Shown here in pieces: positions 24,381 to 33,523 of a stretch of 37,410 nucleotides of DNA. The notes below the pieces were generated by a model. That model searched no databases and was not told where the DNA came from. It saw only the letters and a list, made by a program, of their open reading frames with translations. The stretch lies in NCBI GenBank assembly GCA_021163745.1, contig JAGGTM010000058.1, forward strand, positions 1-37,410. The letters are read 5' to 3'. Positions within the stretch are counted from its first letter, which is position 1, and the number at the start of each line of letters is the position of its first letter. The DNA comes from a bacterium (lineage in GTDB: Bacteria > Patescibacteriota > Minisyncoccia > Portnoybacterales > JAGGTM01). Both the position numbers and the translations under genes were made by a program.

Positions 24381-25079
24381 ATGAGATTTCATATCCTTAC
24401 AATTTTTCCCAATATATTTGAATGTTATTTTAAAGAAAGCATTCTTAAAAGAGCGAAAGAAAAAGGACTGATTGATATAAAAATTTATAATTTAAGAGAT
24501 TTTACCAAGGATAAACATAAAAGTGTAGATGATAAACCATATGGGGGAGGACCGGGAATGGTATTAATGGTTGAACCAATATTTAAGGCAATTAAAAAAA
24601 TAGAGTCAGAGGTTATTTCTAAAAAAAGCAAAAAAAGTATTATATTAATGTCTGCTAAGGGGAAGAGCTTTAATCAGAAAATAGCAGAAAAATTTTCTAA
24701 ATTTGATGATTTGATTTTGATTTGCGGGAGATATGAGGGGGTAGATGAGAGAGTAGCAAAGTATATCGCAGATGAAGAGATTTCTATAGGTGATTATATT
24801 TTAACCGGGGGAGAAATTCCAGCTATTGTAGTGGTAGATGCGGTATCAAGATTTGTCCCAAATGTTTTGGGAAATATTTATTCTTTAGAGCAAAAAAGAT
24901 TTCCTGACAAAATCACAAGTTATCCGGTATATACCAGACCATCTGTTTTCAAACCAAAGGAGATATGGGAAAATTGTCCATTAAGGTTTTGCAGAAAGAG
25001 AATATGGAAAGTTCCCGAAGTTCTTTTGTCTGGTGATCATAAAAAGATAGAAAAGTGGAGAGAAAAGCATTCAAGATAA
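24381..25079 (+). CDS. trmD: tRNA (guanine37-N1)-methyltransferase
   Basis: MRFHILTIFP start. DDKPYGGGPGMVL. CGRYEGVDERV. SIGDYILTGGE. VPEVLLSGDHKKIEKWR. The track start at 24348 is a GTG inside the upstream T-tract. Confidence 0.9.
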   Translation: MRFHILTIFPNIFECYFKESILKRAKEKGLIDIKIYNLRDFTKDKHKSVDDKPYGGGPGMVLMVEPIFKAIKKIESEVISKKSKKSIILMSAKGKSFNQKIAEKFSKFDDLILICGRYEGVDERVAKYIADEEISIGDYILTGGEIPAIVVVDAVSRFVPNVLGNIYSLEQKRFPDKITSYPVYTRPSVFKPKEIWENCPLRFCRKRIWKVPEVLLSGDHKKIEKWREKHSR

Positions 25080-25115
25080 ACTAAATTATTAAAATATATT
25101 TTAATTCTGTCAAGA

Positions 25116-25146
25116 TTGACAAAAGGACGGATTGGTATATTATAAT
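25116..25146 (+). promoter_or_regulatory. Promoter candidate TTGACA followed by overlapping -10 candidates (TATTAT / TATAAT)
   Basis: TTGACA at 25116-25121. TATTAT at 25138-25143 (16-nt spacer). TATAAT at 25141-25146 (19-nt spacer). Confidence 0.5.
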
Positions 25147-25150
25147 AATA

Positions 25151-25296
25151 GCTTTGCTGCTCAAGATGCTCTTTTGAGGTTTTGGGTCAAGTCGTATTTT
25201 AAGGGAGTCCTAAATTTGCTATACCCGTGGGTATAGCGTGCGGACACCCACCTGGCAACAAGCCGAACTTTGAAGAGCCCCTCTTGACAGCAAAGC
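25151..25296 (+). ncRNA. Candidate structured ncRNA (rod-like, about 146 nt; family not identified)
   Basis: The ends pair: GCTTTGCTG (25151-25159) with CAGCAAAGC (25288-25296). Next TCAAGA/TCTTGA and GCTCTT/AAGAGC. Inner helix GGGAGTCC/GGACACCC. Apical hairpin GCTATACCC-gtg-GGTATAGC. GC content is well above the surroundings. Has its own promoter, and a terminator lies at 25374-25410. The only long ORF across it is an implausible antisense one. Confidence 0.5.
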
Positions 25297-25309
25297 TTTT
25301 TAATATTTA

Positions 25310-25343
25310 CCCTACACCACGACTTAATAGCCGTAGTGTAGGG
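25310..25343 (+). repeat. Gene-end hairpin family, minimal copy D
   Basis: CCCTACACCACG-acttaatag-CCGTAGTGTAGGG, a 12-position stem with one mismatch, followed by TAAGAC. Lies between the ncRNA rod and the terminator. Confidence 0.5.
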
Positions 25344-25373
25344 TAAGACATGGGGGAAAGTATAGAAGAATTT

Positions 25374-25410
25374 AAAAAACTGCCAGAGCATTATATTCTG
25401 GCAGTTTTTT
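25374..25410. terminator. Bidirectional rho-independent terminator
   Basis: AAAAAA-CTGCCAGA-gcattatat-TCTGGCAG-TTTTTT. It would serve the + strand ncRNA and the convergent - strand gene 25417-25671. Confidence 0.7.
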
Positions 25411-25416
25411 AGTCAT

Positions 25417-25671
25417 TTATTCTGGTATACAAGATAACGTTAAAAATGTAGATATTATAAAAATCAGGAATGCAATAAATAAATCGACTAATAACCCCCT
25501 CCATTTCCATTTAATTACACAGACACAAAACCACAAGAGAAAAATAACAGTTCCGCTTATTATTTCTATTTTTATTCCAGCGATGCCTCCGATATCATAC
25601 CATATTCTTGTAAGCCAGCCTGCGATAATCATCAAAAACAAACTTCCGTAAAAAAAAGAAAAATTCCTCAT
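25417..25671 (-). CDS. Small hypothetical membrane protein (84 aa, about 3 TM helices)
   Basis: Strong SD AAAGGAGGTGG ends 5 nt before the ATG. Three hydrophobic helices. A terminator lies directly downstream. Confidence 0.6.
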   Translation of the reverse strand: MRNFSFFYGSLFLMIIAGWLTRIWYDIGGIAGIKIEIISGTVIFLLWFCVCVIKWKWRGLLVDLFIAFLIFIISTFLTLSCIPE

Positions 25672-25775
25672 ATTCCACCTCCTTTAAAAGAACTTTTTAT
25701 CTATAAAGTATAATATTGAATCTATTAATAAAATCAACCCTTTATTTTTTTATATTAGAATAGTAAAATTAAAAT

Positions 25776-26612
25776 ATGGATTTAAAAAGCATTTATCCAA
25801 AAAGAGATTTATGGACCCATAAAGGGAAAAATGGTTATGTTTTAATTGTTGCTGGGTCTAAAAGATATTCTGGCTCTCCGATATTTAATGCTATTTCTTG
25901 TTTAAGAGCGGGCGCAGATTTGGCGGTTTGTGTAGGCCCTAAAAGAGCAATGGATATTGCTGCTTCTTTTTTACCTGATATGATTTGTCACCCTTTAGAG
26001 GGAGATAATTTAAGAGTTAAGCATGTCCATTTTATTTTAAGATTGGCGAAAAATTTTGATTCTGTGGTTTTGGGTTGCGGATTAGGAAAATCATTAGAAA
26101 CTTTTAAAGCAGTATATGAAATTATTGAGAAAATAGATTTGCCTATGGTTCTCGATGCTGATGGAATAAAGGCAATATCTTTTAAAAAAGAGATAGTCAA
26201 AGGAAAAAAAATAGTTCTAACTCCGAATTCATATGAGTTTGAGATTTTAACCAAAGAAAAAATAAAGCCGGAGATAGAAGATAGAAAAAAGAAAGTCAAA
26301 AAATGGGCAAAAAAATTAGGATGTGCGATTTTATTAAAAGGACATATTGATGTTATTTCTGATGGAAGAAAAATTGACATAAATGAAACCGGTTCTCCTT
26401 TTATGACTAAAGGTGGTTTTGGGGATAGTTTAGCAGGAATTTTAGGAGCAATTTTAGCAAGAGGAATTGATGGCTTTAAAGCAGCTAAAGCAGCAGCATT
26501 TATCAATGGCAAAGCAGGTCAGTTAGCAGGAGAAGAATGCACAGAAGGAGTATTAGCATCAGATATTTTTAATTTTATACCTTTAGTTATTAAAAAATAT
26601 AGTAAGTTGTAG
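25776..26612 (+). CDS. nnrD: ADP-dependent NAD(P)H-hydrate dehydratase (YjeF C-terminal/carbohydrate kinase-like domain only)
   Basis: HKGKNGYVLIVAGSKRYSGSPIFNA, VLDADG and TKGGFGDSLAGILGA motifs. Confidence 0.85.
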   Translation: MDLKSIYPKRDLWTHKGKNGYVLIVAGSKRYSGSPIFNAISCLRAGADLAVCVGPKRAMDIAASFLPDMICHPLEGDNLRVKHVHFILRLAKNFDSVVLGCGLGKSLETFKAVYEIIEKIDLPMVLDADGIKAISFKKEIVKGKKIVLTPNSYEFEILTKEKIKPEIEDRKKKVKKWAKKLGCAILLKGHIDVISDGRKIDINETGSPFMTKGGFGDSLAGILGAILARGIDGFKAAKAAAFINGKAGQLAGEECTEGVLASDIFNFIPLVIKKYSKL

Positions 26613-26815
26613 GTGGAACAATGATTCGAAAGCTCGAAGCATAATAAATTAAGCGTAAAGCTCGAAGCTCAAAGCGCCCCGTAGAAAGCCTACGGCTTTC
26701 TACGGGGCAGGCAAAGTTACAGCGTAAAGCTTAAAGCTAATTTAAAAATTATTCCAAATTATTTCAAAGTGTTCCAAATTGTTCCAAATCAATATCAAAA
26801 TCCAAAATGTAAAAT
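26613..26815. repeat. Mosaic intergenic repeat island 3, left part (heptads, 15-bp palindrome, 94-nt block copy 2)
   Basis: CGAAAGC/TCGAAGC/TCAAAGC-type heptads at 26625-26675. Perfect palindrome GCCCCGTAGAAAGCC-tac-GGCTTTCTACGGGGC (26676-26708). Block 26722-26815 matches 18948-19041 at 87 of 94 positions. Confidence 0.8.
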
Positions 26816-26986
26816 ACCCTCCCCCACCTACACCTTCCTCTCCCACAGGGATGGGGAGGATTAAGGTAAGAATTTCTCAAATCCTTCCTCTCCCAGAGGG
26901 AGGGGGATATAGGTGAAACCCCCCCTCAAATCCTCCCCTCCGACATAAGTCGGAGGAGAGGATATAGGAGGGGGAGGGGTATTTTT
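26816..26986 (+). promoter_or_regulatory. C-rich/G-rich multi-hairpin leader immediately upstream of sufC; the SD lies in the 3' arm of a long-range helix
   Basis: Three tandem hairpin units: CCTTCCTCTCCC...GGGGAGGA at 26833-26866, CCTTCCTCTCCC...GGGAGGGGGA at 26883-26916, and CCTCCCCTCCGAC-ataa-GTCGGAGGAGAGG at 26932-26961. They are enclosed by ACCCTCCCCCACCT (26816-26829), which pairs with AGGAGGGGGAGGGGT (26966-26980). sufC ATG at 26987. Confidence 0.5.
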
Positions 26987-27685
26987 ATGGATTTATTAGT
27001 CAAAAATTTGAAGGTTAAAGCTGATAATAAGAAAGTTTTAAAGGGAGTTAATTTAGAGATAAAATCTGGGCAAGTGCAGGCTCTTTTAGGTCCGAATGCT
27101 AGCGGAAAGTCAACTTTAGCGCATTCTATTTTGGGAAATCCGCGGTATAAAGTAATTTGTGGAAAAATTTTATTTGGTAAGTATGATATTACTAATTTTA
27201 CCCCTGAAAAAAGAGTTAAACTTGGCTTAAGTCTGGCTTGGCAAAATCCACCAACAATTAAAGGCATTAAACTCTCTCAACTTCTAAAAAAGATTTCTTA
27301 TAAAGAGATTGAAATTTCTGAAGGGAAGGAATTGTTGGAAAGGGAAGTAAATTTGGGTCTTTCTGGTGGAGAAAAGAAAATATCAGAACTTATACAAATT
27401 CTTTCTTTACATCCGAAATTGGTGATTTTTGATGAGATTGATTCTGGTTTAGATATTAAAAAATTGGAGAAAGTTTCAAAAATTATAAAAAAAGAATTAG
27501 CGGAAAAAGGAGTATCCATTCTTTTAATTACCCATCTGGGTCAAATTTTAAATTTTTTGAAACCTGATTTAACTAATATAATGGTAGATGGGAAAATTGT
27601 ATGTAAGCAAAAAGATTTTAAAAAAGTTTTAAGGACAATAAAAAAATATGGTTATGAAAAATGTAAACAGCGCGCAGTTAAATAG
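26987..27685 (+). CDS. sufC: Fe-S cluster assembly ATPase SufC
   Basis: Walker A GPNASGKSTLA. ABC signature LSGGEKK. Walker B LVIFDEIDSGLD. NPRYKV, typical of SufC. Confidence 0.9.
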   Translation: MDLLVKNLKVKADNKKVLKGVNLEIKSGQVQALLGPNASGKSTLAHSILGNPRYKVICGKILFGKYDITNFTPEKRVKLGLSLAWQNPPTIKGIKLSQLLKKISYKEIEISEGKELLEREVNLGLSGGEKKISELIQILSLHPKLVIFDEIDSGLDIKKLEKVSKIIKKELAEKGVSILLITHLGQILNFLKPDLTNIMVDGKIVCKQKDFKKVLRTIKKYGYEKCKQRAVK

Positions 27686-28586
27686 AGCTTTTTCTCAAAA
27701 AGTAATTTATTTTCAAAAGGATCATTATGTGGAAATAAAAAAAGAAAATGGCATAATTATTATGCCTATTTTAGAGGCCTTTAAGAAATATAAATTTATA
27801 AAAGAGTTTTTTAGAAGAAAACCAGAAGAAGGATATTTTATTTGGGTAAAAAAACAAATAGATTTTCCTTTAGAGACCTGTATTAGTATTTGTTCTACTA
27901 AAGTTTCTCAGATTTTAACTAATTTATTTATAATTGAAAAAGGATTAAAAATTAAAGCAAATACAGCATGTATGACAGAAAAGGATAATTTAACAGGAAC
28001 ACATATTGCTTACGGGAAAATAGTTCTTAAAGAAAATAGTAGTTTAGAGTATTCCCATATTCATAAATGGGGAAACAATGATGAAGTTTCCTCTGATTAC
28101 GAGTTTATTTTAGAAGAGAGTTCTCGTTTATCTTATTCTTATTCTAATTTATTTTCTCCAAAGATTCTTAATTTAAAGACAAAGGTTATAAGCAGGAACA
28201 GATCTTCTTCCGATTTAAAAATAAATATTAAAGGAATTAACTCAAAAATAAATTTAGATGATTCTGTGTTTTTAAAAGGAAAAGATGCTCAGGGAATAGT
28301 GAGATTAAGGGTAGTCGGTAGAGAAAATACACATATAAAGGGAGCAAGCAGATTAATAGCAGAAGCGGCCGGCAAAGGGCATTTAGATTGCCAAGGACTT
28401 TTGACAGATAAGAAGTCAGAGATTTCTTTAATTCCGGAATTAACTTGCAGAGATAAAAATGCACAAATTACTCACGAGGCATCCGTTGGAAGAATTTCTG
28501 AGCAGGAACTTACTTATTTAAGAACAAGGGGATTGAACGAAAAAGAGGCAATTAATTTGATTGTTTTAGGATTTTTAAATTTATAA
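27648..28586 (+). CDS. sufD: SufB/SufD-family Fe-S cluster assembly scaffold protein (short, 312 aa)
   Basis: Overlaps the sufC end. Beta-helix-like repeats. C-terminal GRISEQELTYLRTRGLNEKEAINLIVLGFL, typical of SufB/SufD. Confidence 0.75.
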   Translation: MVMKNVNSAQLNRAFSQKVIYFQKDHYVEIKKENGIIIMPILEAFKKYKFIKEFFRRKPEEGYFIWVKKQIDFPLETCISICSTKVSQILTNLFIIEKGLKIKANTACMTEKDNLTGTHIAYGKIVLKENSSLEYSHIHKWGNNDEVSSDYEFILEESSRLSYSYSNLFSPKILNLKTKVISRNRSSSDLKINIKGINSKINLDDSVFLKGKDAQGIVRLRVVGRENTHIKGASRLIAEAAGKGHLDCQGLLTDKKSEISLIPELTCRDKNAQITHEASVGRISEQELTYLRTRGLNEKEAINLIVLGFLNL

Positions 28587-28593
28587 AGCATTT

Positions 28594-29016
28594 ATGTTTA
28601 AAAGGTTGAAACAATCTATAATTAAATCTGCAACTACTTTTGGCAATATCTTGCCTATTTTAATAGGAGTATTATTATTGGTAAGTTTTGTAATTATAGT
28701 TACGCCATCTAATTTTTTCTTAAACATATTTACCAATAATCCTTTTGTAGATCCATTTTTAGGAGCAATATCAGGAAGTATATTAATCGGAAATCCTATA
28801 CTAAGTTATATTTTAGGAGGGGAGTTTATAGAAAGAGGGATAAGCGAAGTTGCAGTTATTTCTTTTATGATTAGTTGGGTTACTGTAGGAATAGCGCAAT
28901 TGCCTATGGAATCTTTGGTTTTAGGAAAGAAATTTGCCATTATAAGGAATGCAGTAAGTTTCTTGTTGTCAATAATTATTTCTATTCTAATATATTTAAC
29001 TCTTGGTCTTTTTTAA
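28594..29016 (+). CDS. Membrane protein, putative subunit of a split DUF318/two-component permease
   Basis: 140 aa, about 4 TM helices. Adjacent to the partner ORF, resembling the split permease pairs annotated as two-component membrane permease complexes. Confidence 0.55.
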   Translation: MFKRLKQSIIKSATTFGNILPILIGVLLLVSFVIIVTPSNFFLNIFTNNPFVDPFLGAISGSILIGNPILSYILGGEFIERGISEVAVISFMISWVTVGIAQLPMESLVLGKKFAIIRNAVSFLLSIIISILIYLTLGLF

Positions 29017-29017
29017 T

Positions 29018-29527
29018 ATGATTGTTGATAAATTGAAAAAAATTGCTAATAAGTGGATTTTTCTTTATGGAGTAGTTTTGTTATATATTATTATATTTAT
29101 TTTTAGTTTCTCTATTTTTTCTCGCTCTTTAAGATGTTTTTTAAATTTTATTATTAAACTTTTTCCTGCTTTATTTTTAGTTTTCTTGATAATGGTATTA
29201 ATTAATCTTTTTATTGATAAAAAAACAATTTTGAAATTTCTTGGGAAAGAAGCAGGGGCAAAAGGTTGGATTATTGCAATTTTTGCCGGAATTCTGTCTA
29301 CAGGACCTATTTATATGTGGTATCCCGTTATATCAGATTTGAAAAATAGGGGAATGAAAAATTCTCTAATGGCATGTTTTTTATATTCACGGGCAGTGAA
29401 AATATTTTTAATGCCTATGATGATTTATTATTTTGGAATAAAATTTACTTTTGTTTTTACTATTTATCTAATTTTGTTTTCAATTATAAATGGAGTACTT
29501 GTAGATAGATTATTGCATTTATTTTAA
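29018..29527 (+). CDS. Membrane protein, putative second subunit of the split DUF318-type permease
   Basis: ATG at 29018, 1 nt after the upstream stop codon (the track start at 29003 is TTG). Multi-TM. GILSTGPIYMWYP...FLYSRAVKIFLMPMM resembles predicted-permease family motifs. Confidence 0.6.
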   Translation: MIVDKLKKIANKWIFLYGVVLLYIIIFIFSFSIFSRSLRCFLNFIIKLFPALFLVFLIMVLINLFIDKKTILKFLGKEAGAKGWIIAIFAGILSTGPIYMWYPVISDLKNRGMKNSLMACFLYSRAVKIFLMPMMIYYFGIKFTFVFTIYLILFSIINGVLVDRLLHLF

Positions 29528-29763
29528 AGAAATATTTTTATGTTATTATTTTTAATGTAACATAAACCTTTTGATATATTTATTACTTTCTTTTTTGTAT
29601 TTTTTATTATAATTTTTCCTTTTTTGAGCAAAATAAAACTTTCTGCATGATTCAATAAAACCTGCATTTTTCCCACTACTCCAGGTAAAGTGACAATTTT
29701 TACCCCTTTGTATATTTTTATTTTTTTAAAAGATATTATAAAGCAAGTAATAGATGTAATAAT
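29524..29763 (-). CDS. atpC: ATP synthase epsilon-like subunit, N-terminal beta-sandwich only; no canonical start codon (possible ATT start, or a pseudogene)
   Basis: Not in the ORF track. The frame is open from 29793 to the TAA at 29524-29526. The translation ...ITCFIISFKKIKIYKGVKIVTLPGVVGKMQVLLNHAESFILLKKGKIIIKNTKKKVINISKGLCYIKNNNIKIFL aligns with the epsilon pattern IVTP..vY.g.v..V.lP...G..GiL..H.p....L..G.v.i. It sits right after atpD. The first ATG/GTG/TTG is only at GTG 29676, inside the conserved region. Confidence 0.45.
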   Translation of the reverse strand: MITSITCFIISFKKIKIYKGVKIVTLPGVVGKMQVLLNHAESFILLKKGKIIIKNTKKKVINISKGLCYIKNNNIKIFL

Positions 29764-29788
29764 AAGACAATAGATTAATGTTGTCTTT

Positions 29789-31168
<1,380 letters not shown>

Positions 31169-32023
31169 TTATGTTTTTAGTTTATGCACTACAAAACTTT
31201 CCAGTTGTTTTTTGGTAATATTTGTTCTTCTTTCTTTAAAGTATTTAAGGTATAAAGTTGTTATTAACTGTTTTGTTTTTTCTGAAGCATTTTCTGTGTT
31301 TACTGTTCTTGCAGAGAATTCTGAAAGTTTGCTTTCAAATATAATTTTATAGAAAATTGCTATAATATATTTTTCCAAAATGAAGTTAAAAAGTTTTTCT
31401 TTATTTGGTTCAAAAATTGGAAAACCTAAATTGCGATTTGTTTTTGGTAGAGGAATAAGATTAAATGGCAGAAATTGGAGAATTTCTGGTTCTTGTCTTG
31501 TTAGAGAAATAAAATGAGGATAAAGGATATCACAGGAGGAAATTTCTCTTTTTTTAAATTTGTATAATACAAAATTTACTATATCGTTTATTTCTGCTTC
31601 TGGTAGACCGGAATTTAAGTTGAAAAATTTATGAAATTTTATTCCTTCTTCTTTTGCATATAATGCTCCTTTTTTTCCACATACTATTATATAATGATAT
31701 AGTTTCTTTTTCTGAAGAAGAATCCCAATTAAATTATGCCATAAATTTCCTACCAGTCCTTTTTCTCCAGTTATAATTAAAAGAGATCTTTTTTGTTTCT
31801 TTCTTTTTGATAATCTTTCTGAAAATGGATTGTTAAAATGATTACAGAAAGGATAAATTTGTGATAGAACATTTTCAATTTCATTTATGTATTTATTTAA
31901 ATTTATTAATTTCTCTTTAAGAAGATGAATATTTACTGCAGATATTTTTTCTATAGTTTTAATTGTGTCTTTTACTTCAATATATCCGTCAATTTTATTT
32001 TTATAATTAAGATAAGTTTTCAT
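31169..32023 (-). CDS. atpG: F1 ATP synthase gamma subunit
   Basis: Lies between atpA and atpD. N-terminal I..IK.T.KI..I.A helix and C-terminal ENASEKTKQLITTLYLKYFKERRTNITKKQLE fit gamma-subunit termini. Confidence 0.85.
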   Translation of the reverse strand: MKTYLNYKNKIDGYIEVKDTIKTIEKISAVNIHLLKEKLINLNKYINEIENVLSQIYPFCNHFNNPFSERLSKRKKQKRSLLIITGEKGLVGNLWHNLIGILLQKKKLYHYIIVCGKKGALYAKEEGIKFHKFFNLNSGLPEAEINDIVNFVLYKFKKREISSCDILYPHFISLTRQEPEILQFLPFNLIPLPKTNRNLGFPIFEPNKEKLFNFILEKYIIAIFYKIIFESKLSEFSARTVNTENASEKTKQLITTLYLKYFKERRTNITKKQLESFVVHKLKT

Positions 32024-32032
32024 ATAAGTTTT

Positions 32033-33523
32033 TTATATATTTTCTTCTTTGGTTAACAAAAATTCTTGTTTGAAGTCAGTAATAATTTTGTTTATTTTTT
32101 GTTTTATCTCATGGTTAAAAATTCCGTTTTTTATTTTTTCTAATATATTAAAATATTTGTTTTTTATAAGTTCAAGTAAAAGATTTTCAAATTCAGACCA
32201 TTGGCTTTTTTCAATATCGTCAAAAAATCCTTGCTCTACTGCGTAAACTAAAATAGTTTGTTGGGGCCAAGGAATATTCGTATGTTTTTTTTGTTTTAAA
32301 AGTTCTAAGATTAGTTCTCCTCTGAATACTCTTTTTTGTGCTTGTATGCTTAGAGTTGTTTCCAATTGAGATAGTTTTTGTAATTCTTTATGCTGTGCTA
32401 AGGATAGACGGATCCCTTCACTTACTTTTCTTAATGGTTTGGGTTGTGCTTTTCCTCCTATTCTGGAAACAGATAATCCAATATTTATTGCCGGAAGAAA
32501 TCCTTTTTCAAATAACCCTTTTTCTAAATAGATTTGTCCATCCGTAATTGATATTAAATTAGTAGAAATAAAAGAAGTAATATCTCCTTCTTGGGTTTCT
32601 ACAATGGGTAAAGCGGTAAGAGAGCCACCTTTTTTCTTTTTACATAGTTTTGCTGACCGTTCTAATAATCCTGCATGTAATGAAAATATATCTCCGGGAT
32701 ATGCTTCTCTTCCGGGTGCTCTTTCAAGAATAAGGGAAATATCTCTGTATATTTTTGCATGTTTTGATAAATCATCATAAACAATTAAAGCATCTTTTCC
32801 ATTGTCTCTGAAATATTCTCCGATAGTTGTTCCTATAAATGGGGCTAAATATAAAGAAGCGAAAGAATTATCAGAGGTTGCAGAAACAATAGTGCTATAA
32901 GTAAACGCTTCATATCGGTTAAATATATCTATAAGTTCGTGTAACTTTCTTTGTTTCTGTCCGCAAATTACATAAATGCAGTAAACAGGAGGATTTGCAT
33001 ATTTTTGATTTAACACTATATCAATAGCAATAGTGCTTTTTCCCAATTTTCTGTCTCCTATTATTAACTCTCTTTGCCCTCTACCAATTGGTAGAGTGAT
33101 ATCTATTAGTTTTATTCCTGTAGTTAAAGGAACAGAAACAGGTTCTCTTTCAATTATAGATGGAGCACTGCGAAATACAGGATATTTTTCTCCTGTTAAT
33201 TCTCCTAAATTATCCAATGGTTTTCCTACACCATCGATAACTCTTCCTATACAAGCGTCAGAAACATTAATTGAAAAAGGTCTAAAACTTCTAAAAACCG
33301 GCTTGTTTAGCGGAATATTTGTGTCAAAAAATAACACATCTACAAATTCTTCATCAAAACCAATTACTATTCCTATTTCTTTTCCATTTTGGTCAATTAA
33401 AACCTCATGCATTCCTACATTAGGAAGTCCTTTTACTTTTCCTACCCCCGCAAAAAAAGAGTAAATATGTCCTATTTCTTTTATGCCAAAAAAATTATTT
33501 TTGCTTGATCTTGCTCGCTTCAT
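32033..33523 (-). CDS. atpA: F1 ATP synthase alpha subunit
   Basis: GDRKLGKST P-loop. YVICGQKQ. PGREAYPGDIFSLHAGLLERS. ITDGQIYL. Confidence 0.95.
   Translation of the reverse strand: MKRARSSKNNFFGIKEIGHIYSFFAGVGKVKGLPNVGMHEVLIDQNGKEIGIVIGFDEEFVDVLFFDTNIPLNKPVFRSFRPFSINVSDACIGRVIDGVGKPLDNLGELTGEKYPVFRSAPSIIEREPVSVPLTTGIKLIDITLPIGRGQRELIIGDRKLGKSTIAIDIVLNQKYANPPVYCIYVICGQKQRKLHELIDIFNRYEAFTYSTIVSATSDNSFASLYLAPFIGTTIGEYFRDNGKDALIVYDDLSKHAKIYRDISLILERAPGREAYPGDIFSLHAGLLERSAKLCKKKKGGSLTALPIVETQEGDITSFISTNLISITDGQIYLEKGLFEKGFLPAINIGLSVSRIGGKAQPKPLRKVSEGIRLSLAQHKELQKLSQLETTLSIQAQKRVFRGELILELLKQKKHTNIPWPQQTILVYAVEQGFFDDIEKSQWSEFENLLLELIKNKYFNILEKIKNGIFNHEIKQKINKIITDFKQEFLLTKEENI

Noticed and set aside
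25151-25296. Assigning the rod-like RNA to SRP (4.5S), 6S or RNase P RNA
   Set aside because: I looked for the GNRA-capped helix 8 with the AGCA/GGAA loops of SRP, the large central bubble of 6S and the GGAAAGTCC P4 motif of RNase P. None was convincing, so it stays an unclassified candidate.
26850-26984. G-quadruplex in the sufC leader
   Set aside because: G-tracts are present (GGG, GGGG, GGGGG). Each is matched by a complementary C-tract nearby, so duplex hairpins look more likely. G4 formation cannot be judged without computation or experiment.
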